DNA from: Candidatus Micrarchaeota archaeon
GTDB taxonomy: Archaea; Micrarchaeota; Micrarchaeia; Anstonellales; J096
DNA: 64,000 bases
NCBI GenBank assembly: GCA_015522475.1
Contig: WAMF01000003.1
Coordinates: forward strand, 33,043 to 97,042
Direction of reading: 5' to 3'
The notes under the pieces are model-generated. The model had not been told where the DNA came from, ran no database searches, and saw nothing but the letters and a program-made list of their open reading frames with translations. Made by a program: the position numbers and the translations under genes. Below, piece by piece: positions 57,236 through 64,000 of the stretch (its first letter is position 1; each line of letters begins with the position of its first letter).

Positions 57236-59059
57236 TCAAGCTTTCTTGCTTCCTGCTTTCTTGTCGCGGGACTTCGAATACGACGTCTTCCACACCTTTA
57301 CTTTACTAAGACCTTCTAAAAGGCTCTTGCCTATTTCCTCTTCGTTGGCTTTAAACTCATCTGAAACCTTGCGTATGAGCTTCTCTGTCTCTTCAACGAC
57401 GTCCCTCTGCTTTTTTGGATCCTGTGTCACTTCTTCCAGCTTAAGCTCTATCTCTCGCGTCAGTGCCTCATTCAAAATCTCCGGCACGTACTTTGACAGC
57501 GTCTGATAGACGGCAAGACCAAGCTCAGACACGCGCAGCGCATAGCCCTCCTTAACGAAGTAACGTCTCAAAAACAACGTGGACACAATCATGGCCCTTG
57601 TGGCCTTTGTGCCTAAGTTCCTTTTCTCAAGTTCCTTAACAAGCGATGCCTCGGTATAACGAGCAGGAGGCTTTGTCTTGCCCTTCTTCTTGTTCTTACT
57701 CTGAATAGGAACGAGCTCGCCTTCTTTAAATTCGGCCACGCTTGTCTCATTCACTTTGTTAAAGAGTTTTCCCACTTTCAGCCAGCCCTCCTCCTTTATC
57801 TGCTGGCCCTTAGTTGTGAATTCTAAGCCCGTGTCAACAGTTTCAGCTAACACACTAACAGCCTTTATCTCAGCGGGCTTCATGAATGCAGCTACAAACC
57901 TAGCCGCTATAAGCGCATAGAGCTTTTTTTCATCGCCTTCCAAACTCTTGGGCTTAATTCCTGTTGGATAAATGGCAGGATGTGCTGGATCATCCTTCTT
58001 ACCCTGGCTTGGCCAAAGCTTTTCCTTCTTAAGCAGCTCGTCTATAACTGCTTGAAGGGCCTTGCTTATATGGCCTGTAGCCTTAAGCTTTTCTAACAGC
58101 TTTCTATAGCCCAGCGTCGGCGGCAGCTTTTGGGAGCTTGTCCTCGGGTAGGAGATGAGCGATGCTTCATATAAGTTTTGAGCCAGTTTGAGCGTTTTGC
58201 TGGGCGAGAATCTAAACACCTTATATGCGTCCATCTGAAGCGTTGTCAAGTCATAAGGATGAGGCGCATATAGGTTGTATGTGCGCTCTTCCACAGCCTT
58301 TATCTTAGCGGTTTTTCCTATTTTTGCAAAGAGCTCATCTGCCCTCTCCTTCTCGAAAATTCTGCCTCCTTTGTATTCGAAAATCGTGCCTTTGAGCTTT
58401 ATGAAGAGCTGCCAGAAATCCTTGGGCACAAACGTTTGTATGTCAAGCTCTCTGCTTGTGGCTATAGCCAGCGTTGGCCCTTGAACCCTGCCTATGCTCA
58501 TGACGCGGAACGTGCCCGCTTTTCTCAAAGCTTGCATAAGGGCCCGGCTGAGATTTATGCCGTAGTACCAATCCACAATATGACGCGTCTCGCCGGCTAT
58601 GGCGTTACCGTAGTCAAACTCTATTTCATGTTCGAAGGCATTCCTTAGCTCGCCCATCGTAAGCGTCGAGAACTTCATCCTGTTTAAGGGCTTGTTTGTG
58701 AATATAAAGCGCCATATGTTATAGCCTATTAAGCTGCCTTCGTTATCAAAGTCTGTTGCAACTGTAACTTCGTCTGCCTCGTCTGCATACTCTTTAAAAG
58801 CAGCTATGTAGTCCTTTGTATAATAAGCTTTTTTGTCCACCTCGTTTGCCTCTCTCCACCTCAAGTCAAAAACAGGATAGTTATAGCCCTCTGCCGTGCT
58901 CGCCAGCTTAAATATATGGCCCACAGCAGGAATGACAACAAGGTCTTTGCCTATTGTGTAAATGGGTACTTTCCTTCTGAATACCGTACGCTTCGCCTTA
59001 CCTATAGCAGCCGCTATCTTAGCAGCTACCTTGGGCTTCTCAGCTATTACAACGTGCAC
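57236..59059 (-). CDS. topA: type IA DNA topoisomerase
   Basis: Toprim VVIAEKP and ATDFDNEGS, active-site Tyr in LISYPRTSSQ. Start placed at GTG 59059 (MHVVIAEKP). The upstream 43 codons look hydrophobic and spurious and would overlap the neighbouring gene. Confidence 0.85.
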   Translation of the reverse strand: MHVVIAEKPKVAAKIAAAIGKAKRTVFRRKVPIYTIGKDLVVIPAVGHIFKLASTAEGYNYPVFDLRWREANEVDKKAYYTKDYIAAFKEYADEADEVTVATDFDNEGSLIGYNIWRFIFTNKPLNRMKFSTLTMGELRNAFEHEIEFDYGNAIAGETRHIVDWYYGINLSRALMQALRKAGTFRVMSIGRVQGPTLAIATSRELDIQTFVPKDFWQLFIKLKGTIFEYKGGRIFEKERADELFAKIGKTAKIKAVEERTYNLYAPHPYDLTTLQMDAYKVFRFSPSKTLKLAQNLYEASLISYPRTSSQKLPPTLGYRKLLEKLKATGHISKALQAVIDELLKKEKLWPSQGKKDDPAHPAIYPTGIKPKSLEGDEKKLYALIAARFVAAFMKPAEIKAVSVLAETVDTGLEFTTKGQQIKEEGWLKVGKLFNKVNETSVAEFKEGELVPIQSKNKKKGKTKPPARYTEASLVKELEKRNLGTKATRAMIVSTLFLRRYFVKEGYALRVSELGLAVYQTLSKYVPEILNEALTREIELKLEEVTQDPKKQRDVVEETEKLIRKVSDEFKANEEEIGKSLLEGLSKVKVWKTSYSKSRDKKAGSKKA

Positions 59060-59171
59060 TGAGGCCTTGGGAGAGAAATCTTTAATAAGGGCTGCCAAAA
59101 ACAGGCAAAAAGCATAGCAAAAAAGCACCAAAAAGCTACATGGGGATCTAATAAAAAATGCTAAAAAGGCG

Positions 59172-60128
59172 CTAGGAAGATGCAGCACTCTTCACATGGA
59201 TGGTTAAGCGCACGGGCGCCTCGCTCTTCACTACAATGTAGTCGTTCGGTGTTATGTAAGTGGAGAAACTATCACCCTTCCACATGCCGTAGCAGGTGCA
59301 AGAACCTTCTCTCTGGAATTCAGGAAATGCTGTTTTAGGCATGAGTATGAATTCACCTGTGCCATTACTCTTCACGTCTATGTAAGCCAAGCCATTTAAG
59401 GGCAGCTCAACAACGCCGAACCCCTTGTCGCCAGTCAAAAGCTGAAACGTTGTATTTAAATAAATCGTGGAAATGTAGCAAACTTTGTCGTCGCATGCAA
59501 CACCCACACCAAGCGTCTCATACTCCTTGTCAAGCATCGTCTCTCTATGCAGCTTGCTATTCATCCAACCTTTAACAGCTTCTGCAGCAATCTTCTCGAC
59601 AGAGCGGTTCTCCCCCAAGCGAAGATAGGCTAGATTCTCGCCAACCTTTCTATAGCTTATTCCTGCTTCTTCTAGCCTGTCCTCGACGCTTCTGCCTTGC
59701 GGGTCGTAGTGAGAGAAAAAGCCTTCTTTGAGCATACGCTCTGAATAGTCATGAGCTACCTTGCTCGTCTGACTGTCGAGAGATAAGGGATGAAGCCCAT
59801 GCTTCCCTCTCACAACATTTACGGCTTTGAAAACTTCGTATTCGGCTGCGTTAGGCATGTATGTCTCGTTTGAGCTTATATTGTAGTGCTGCGCGACTAT
59901 GTGCATCTCTTCAGAAGCACTTAAGAACTTGCTTAAATTGCCCACGCTGCTCAAATCTTTGGCCGTACAGCCTTCCAGCAGCAGCGTCGTGAAAAAAAGC
60001 AGAGCCACAAAGCCTACGAAGGAAATGCGTCGAACCCCCTGCCAAGGGTTCTCACGCGAGCGCTGTTGGCCGTCTTGCTCTGAGTTACACTCCTTGCCAT
60101 GTCCATTAAATCGCACGCTGGATTGCAT
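59172..60128 (-). CDS. CAP/SCP (YkwD-like) domain extracellular protein
   Basis: Signal/anchor FVGFVALLFFTTLLLEGC. CAP block VNVVRGKHGLHPL...HDYSERMLKEGFFSH...GENLAY...VKGWMNSKLHRETML. Confidence 0.7.
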   Translation of the reverse strand: MQSSVRFNGHGKECNSEQDGQQRSRENPWQGVRRISFVGFVALLFFTTLLLEGCTAKDLSSVGNLSKFLSASEEMHIVAQHYNISSNETYMPNAAEYEVFKAVNVVRGKHGLHPLSLDSQTSKVAHDYSERMLKEGFFSHYDPQGRSVEDRLEEAGISYRKVGENLAYLRLGENRSVEKIAAEAVKGWMNSKLHRETMLDKEYETLGVGVACDDKVCYISTIYLNTTFQLLTGDKGFGVVELPLNGLAYIDVKSNGTGEFILMPKTAFPEFQREGSCTCYGMWKGDSFSTYITPNDYIVVKSEAPVRLTIHVKSAASS

Positions 60129-60258
60129 GATTGAGTGTAGATAGGAAGGTTAAAAAAATAAGAGGGGGACATTGCCCCTTTTGTTGGTTGGCCTAAGCCT
60201 TTGCCAAAAAGCAAGTATAGGCTTGCCTAGGCATGCATAGATAGACATGCATAGGCTA

Positions 60259-60504
60259 TTAGGCCGTGGAGACAACTTCGCCAGTGGCAAACTTCCTTCC
60301 GACTGTCAAGATTTTGACGTCGTAGGTTTTGTCCACTTCTGTGTCTCCCTTGACGAAGATGACGTAGCCATTTACCTTGCCTATGCCATCTCCATCCTTA
60401 CCTTTCCCTACAATTTGTAGAGAAACTGTTTCACCAACTTTTACCGGCTTCTCAAAGCCGCCGAAATGAGGCCTGCGTTCACCTCTGTCTTTCCCTTCAT
60501 ACAT
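60259..60504 (-). CDS. TRAM domain protein
   Basis: VGETVSLQIVGKGKDGDGIGKVNGYVIFVKGDTEVDKTYDVKILTVGRKFATGEVV is a typical stand-alone TRAM OB-fold. Confidence 0.7.
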   Translation of the reverse strand: MYEGKDRGERRPHFGGFEKPVKVGETVSLQIVGKGKDGDGIGKVNGYVIFVKGDTEVDKTYDVKILTVGRKFATGEVVSTA

Positions 60505-60599
60505 ACCTTACACCTTCTGCTCCTCTTTTGTAGGAGCGCTGTAATTAGGCATGGAACACTTTATAAAAGGGCTACATCTAGCAATTTGGTAAGCTATCC

Positions 60600-60705
60600 A
60601 TCAAGCATTCAGTAGGCATTCAGCAATTAGCAAACATTCGGCAACCATCATTCAGGCCAACATTCGGACATTATACTCAGGCCATTAGTCGGCCCATCAT
60701 TCAGC
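60600..60705. repeat. array of CATTC(A/G)G heptamers in an intergenic region
   Basis: Exact CATTCAG or CATTCGG at 60606, 60617, 60635, 60648, 60661 and 60697, plus degenerate copies near 60675 and 60683. Confidence 0.5.
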
Positions 60706-60709
60706 TCTT

Positions 60710-61122
60710 TTAGCTTTTCCACAAGCCATGTACGTTGCAGTACGAGCGCACAGACTCTACGCGCTCATCTCCGCCTATGTAGAACTCTGCTCGAGGAGCC
60801 TGTCCCGGTTTTAACTCCTGCCTGTAAACGCGCTTGTCGGTAAGCACTTCTATCCACTGTATATAGTGGTTGGCCTCCATAGGGTGAGGCACACTACCCA
60901 TTTTAACAACGAGCAGGACAGTGTTGGCGCTGTTGGACGAGAGCTTTTTCCTCTACGCTCAACTACCGGAACATGCTTCTCTCTGCCTTCCGCTTCAGCC
61001 ATCTTCTCTTCTAAAAGCTTCATTGCTCTTCCGCAGCAAACGAGTTGGCCTTGGCCTTCTTCCAAAACCTCTACAATATTTCCACAAACTTCGCATTTAT
61101 ACACACGACGCTTCATTCTCAT
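60710..61122 (-). pseudogene. dfx: desulfoferrodoxin (2Fe superoxide reductase) interrupted by a 1-nt frameshift
   Basis: N-terminal [12 protein letters not shown]...LVCCG and EKHVPV in one frame. [20 protein letters not shown]...YCNVHGLWK in another. The frames join cleanly if the A5 run (T5 on the plus strand, 60945-60949) were A6. GGAGG lies 6 nt before the ATG at 61122. Confidence 0.7.
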
Positions 61123-61220
61123 ACTGTTCCTCCGAGCATCCAATACCCTTAGAACTTCATCTTCTGTCCTTTTCTGCAAGAATGAACCAAGCTTTTTAAA
61201 AGAAGCGCCCATATAGGCGT

Positions 61221-62450
61221 ATGCCTACAATAAAAGATGTTAAAGCCCGCTGGATTTTAGATTCTAGAGCTAAGCCAACCGTTGAAGTTGAATTAAGTAG
61301 CGATAGCACAACCGTAAGAGTAGCGGCTCCTTCTGGCGCAAGCACGGGCAAAAAAGAAGCTAAAGAGCTGCGCGACGGCGGCAAAGCCTTTCACGGCTAC
61401 GGTGTGAGCATAGCCATAAGCAACGTCGAGAAATTCCTAAAGCCCATACTCATAAGAGAAGACCCCACCAATCAAGAGGCATTAGACAAGGCCATGATTG
61501 AAGTGGATGGCACACCTGATAAGCATGTTATAGGAGGCAATGCCATGATTGCCACGTCGATGGCCATAGCTAAACTAGGGGCTGCAGAGAGAGGCATAGA
61601 ACTCTTCGAGCACATACACGACATCTTTTACGACGGCACGCGACTTTCCATGCCCATAACTATGTTCAATGTCATAAACGGCGGAGAGCACGCAGGTAAT
61701 GAGCTAGCGGTGCAGGAATTCCTCATTGTGCCCCAGCTAAAAACATTCAAGGCGCGCTACCAAGCAGCGGCTGAAATATACTTTAGCCTAAGAGAACTCA
61801 TAAGACAAACACACGGTAAAGACGCCATTAACGTCGGAGATGAAGGTGGATTCGCTCTCCCTCTTAAGAGAACCGAAGAGGCGCTCGTCCTTCTCGAGGA
61901 TGCCATAGATGAAGCGGGCTACACAGGAAAAGTAAAGCTGAGCCTGGATGCGGCTGCAAACTCCTTCTACGACGGCAAGACAAAGCTCTACAACATAGAC
62001 GGAAAGAAGCTCAGCAGGGAAGAGCTCGTTGACCATTACGTTGAACTCAACAAGAGCTTTCACTTCCTCAGCTTAGAAGACCCCTTTGCGGAAACAGACC
62101 CAGAAGGCTTCGCCATGCTTAAGAAGAAGCGCTTCACCGTTATAGGCGACGATTTGACGGTTACGAATGTCAAGCGGCTGCGCCGCTTCAAAGACGACAT
62201 AAGCGGGCTCATAATAAAGCCCAACCAAATAGGCACGCTCACAGAAACATTCGCTACATTGAGCTATGCCCAAGAGCACACGCCCTTCATCATAGTAAGC
62301 CATAGAAGCGGCGAGACAGAATATCCCTTCATAGCTCACTTTGCAGTGGGCGTAGGGGCTCCATATGCCAAATTCGGCGCCCCTGCTAGAAGCGAACGCA
62401 CCGCCAAATACAACGAACTCCTGCGTATAGAGGAGATTTTAGGTAGTTGA
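61221..62450 (+). CDS. eno: enolase
   Basis: [14 protein letters not shown], and [12 protein letters not shown] followed later by SHRSGETE. Confidence 0.9.
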   Translation: MPTIKDVKARWILDSRAKPTVEVELSSDSTTVRVAAPSGASTGKKEAKELRDGGKAFHGYGVSIAISNVEKFLKPILIREDPTNQEALDKAMIEVDGTPDKHVIGGNAMIATSMAIAKLGAAERGIELFEHIHDIFYDGTRLSMPITMFNVINGGEHAGNELAVQEFLIVPQLKTFKARYQAAAEIYFSLRELIRQTHGKDAINVGDEGGFALPLKRTEEALVLLEDAIDEAGYTGKVKLSLDAAANSFYDGKTKLYNIDGKKLSREELVDHYVELNKSFHFLSLEDPFAETDPEGFAMLKKKRFTVIGDDLTVTNVKRLRRFKDDISGLIIKPNQIGTLTETFATLSYAQEHTPFIIVSHRSGETEYPFIAHFAVGVGAPYAKFGAPARSERTAKYNELLRIEEILGS

Positions 62451-62908
62451 AAAATAAGCAACACGGCGAGAGCAAAAAGAGCAAAAACGGAAAGGAGGAT
62501 AGCAAGGAATATAAAAGCTATGACTCATACCTTTCTATGATTTTTGAGAGCATGCAAAGTGTCAATTGGAGGGGCTTTGTCCTGGAATTCACGCTTAAGT
62601 CAAGCTTATTTGTGTTCGAGCTCTTGCTTTTCTTCGTGGGCTTTTTCCTACCTCTTCCTTGGCTTGCAGGTTCGCTCCTGTTTGTAGTTGCTAGTATATA
62701 TGCAGCAGCTCTCTTAACATGCGTCAATCTCGTAGGCGATCCTTCTAAAATCTCGCCTTCAAGCAATTTTTACTTCCCCGCTTTCCTCCTCATTTTTTAC
62801 CTCATGCAGCCAGATCCCATAACAAAGTTTGCCATCATCGTCTTCTCTGCCCAAGGTCTGTTAAAGACCATTTACGTCGATTTTATACAAAAACTATGCC
62901 ACGGTTAA
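62447..62908 (+). CDS. hypothetical membrane protein
   Basis: 3-4 hydrophobic segments. The TTG start overlaps the eno stop, but the true start may be an internal Met. Confidence 0.45.
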   Translation: MKNKQHGESKKSKNGKEDSKEYKSYDSYLSMIFESMQSVNWRGFVLEFTLKSSLFVFELLLFFVGFFLPLPWLAGSLLFVVASIYAAALLTCVNLVGDPSKISPSSNFYFPAFLLIFYLMQPDPITKFAIIVFSAQGLLKTIYVDFIQKLCHG

Positions 62909-63035
62909 TCCCACGGTTAATCAAATTTGCCCTGCGTTTTATACAGCTATTCAGGCAAAGCATTTAGGCTAAGCAGATCAAAGCAGATAAAGCCCTTATA
63001 CTTAGATTTATAAACCCCCCAAGGGAATATAAGCT

Positions 63036-63908
63036 ATGGAAAGGCGCCATATATATGCTCTCTACGAGTTGGCAGACAAGGCCCCGCGTATACTCGGCGT
63101 TAGCACGGGGACAAAGCTGGACAGCATGTTCTACGTATACGAAAAAGTGGAAGGCAGGCTTACACGACGTGTGCTCAACGGCATCCCTTACTTAAGCGTC
63201 ATGAACATCGTCGGCTCGCCAGACACGGGCAAAAGTCTTTTCTCTATACAGTTCGCTATTTATCAAGCTGCCAAAGGTTATAGAGTCAGCTTCTTAACAA
63301 CAGAAACGCCGGCTAAATTTCTGTATAACACTATAAAGGAAAGAGCGCAAGTCATGGACAAAGATTTCGACGCCATAGCTAGGAACATATACATCGTCGA
63401 CGTTTCGGAAGAAGAAGAGCTTAGGCAATATCCAAAACGCGCCTGGGAACTGCTCAAAGACGCAATAAAGCTTAGCGGCTCAACTATAACAGTTATAGAT
63501 TCCATAACGGGCTTGTACGAGAGCAAAGAAATAGATGCGCGCCGCATAGTACGGCTCTTTTACAACGGCCTGAAAGGTGAGAAACAAACGGCTTTGCTCA
63601 TATCGCAAAAGAGGCGTAGCCAGGAAGCAGCGACTGTGGAGGCCGCTGGTGGCCTAGGTGTAGCCCATATCGTAGACGGCAGCATCGTCTTGGACAAGAA
63701 GCTCATACTCACAAAGTACGACGAGAGCGTATACGGAAGCCCCATAGGTTCTGTCATAAGGACCATACGTATAGACGGTTGCAGGCTAGCTGGCCATGAC
63801 CAGCGGACCTACATATTGAACATAAGCGACGCGGGCAAAGTAGAGGTTGGTGAAGAGCTCTCCGTTTTCATGAATAGAAACAGAGAAAAATACACAAACA
63901 AGCTTTGA
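63036..63908 (+). CDS. KaiC-like RecA-superfamily ATPase (single domain)
   Basis: Walker A GSPDTGKSLFSIQF, Walker B ITVIDSITG, and the length typical of archaeal KaiC/RadA-like signalling ATPases. Confidence 0.7.
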   Translation: MERRHIYALYELADKAPRILGVSTGTKLDSMFYVYEKVEGRLTRRVLNGIPYLSVMNIVGSPDTGKSLFSIQFAIYQAAKGYRVSFLTTETPAKFLYNTIKERAQVMDKDFDAIARNIYIVDVSEEEELRQYPKRAWELLKDAIKLSGSTITVIDSITGLYESKEIDARRIVRLFYNGLKGEKQTALLISQKRRSQEAATVEAAGGLGVAHIVDGSIVLDKKLILTKYDESVYGSPIGSVIRTIRIDGCRLAGHDQRTYILNISDAGKVEVGEELSVFMNRNREKYTNKL

Positions 63909-63939
63909 GCTAGAGATAAACTATAGAGGGTGGGCAGCC

Positions 63940-64000
63940 ATGAAAAGGCACAGTAAACAAAAAGAGAGGCCAGTCAGGCCCATAGCAGCAGACGGCATAA
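63940..64000 (+). CDS. hypothetical protein, 3' end truncated by the window edge
   Basis: ATG preceded by GAGGGTG, 32 nt after the KaiC-like stop. Only 20 codons are visible (MKRHSKQKERPVRPIAADGI). Confidence 0.3.
   Translation, partial: MKRHSKQKERPVRPIAADGI

Noticed and set aside
59060-59188. 43-codon N-terminal extension of the type IA topoisomerase ORF
   Set aside because: It is hydrophobic and Cys/Phe-rich, unlike any topoisomerase, and overlaps the stop of the CAP-domain gene. GTG at 59059 gives the canonical MHVVIAEKP Toprim start.
60215-60250. CATGCATAG direct repeat and a small GGGG...CCCC hairpin upstream of the CAP-domain gene
   Set aside because: Short, low-information elements in a promoter-sized gap, with no evidence that they are more than chance or ordinary promoter sequence.
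61123-61212. 30-codon extension upstream of the desulfoferrodoxin start
   Set aside because: GGAGG lies 6 nt before the internal ATG at 61122, desulfoferrodoxins begin just before the YKC motif, and the extension would run into the eno promoter region.
62899-62922. 12-bp tandem duplication CCACGGTTAATC x2 spanning the stop codon of the 62447..62908 ORF
   Set aside because: A single short slippage duplication with no further copies. It is too small to interpret beyond a replication slip.

Overview
Dense archaeal chromosomal segment, mid-40s % GC by eye. Many start codons have TTTAAA-type TATA boxes about 25-30 nt upstream, and genes inside operons carry GGTG/GAGG Shine-Dalgarno motifs. RNA genes: a stand-alone 16S rRNA (11838-13330) flanked by a canonical bulge-helix-bulge processing stem with no linked 23S or spacer tRNA; a textbook C/D box sRNA (about 11393-11448) that no ORF track would show; and tRNA-Pro(UGG). 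Recognisable housekeeping genes: LeuRS, MetRS, PCNA, a PP-loop tRNA thiolase, GGGP synthase, Taw1, AMMECR1, class II HMG-CoA reductase, LonB, Sec61beta-like, TatD, an Mtq2/HemK-like methylase, a P-type Ca-ATPase, topoisomerase VI B and A, AglB oligosaccharyltransferase, PolB, CTP synthase, an HDAC-family deacetylase, a 2-TM K+ channel, type IA topoisomerase, a CAP-domain protein, a TRAM protein, enolase and a KaiC-like ATPase. My top candidate for an undescribed system is a tightly packed five-gene operon (46603-52974). It is built around a VirB4/TraC/CedB-like ATPase whose N-terminal domain seems to be a separate membrane-anchored gene, followed by three membrane or coiled-coil proteins with Lys-rich tails and no family I recognise. 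I read this as a conjugation-like (Ced/Ted-type) translocation apparatus that is chromosomal rather than on an obvious mobile element. Other points of interest: an AT-rich 1049-aa ORF with a weak GNAT-like domain and near-identical in-frame tandem repeats; a COG1373-type AAA ATPase bracketed by about 50-bp direct repeats that carry a gene 3' end plus terminator hairpin; an orphan class III nucleotidyl cyclase; a desulfoferrodoxin gene broken by a 1-nt homopolymer frameshift; a TatD gene whose conserved DAHCH motif lies upstream of any canonical start codon; a 40-aa hyper-acidic Trp-containing micro-ORF; sequon-rich and lipobox-like surface proteins; and 16S primer-site variants. Every function is inferred from motifs read by eye. 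No database search was run, and the lineage (possibly DPANN-like) cannot be assigned from here.
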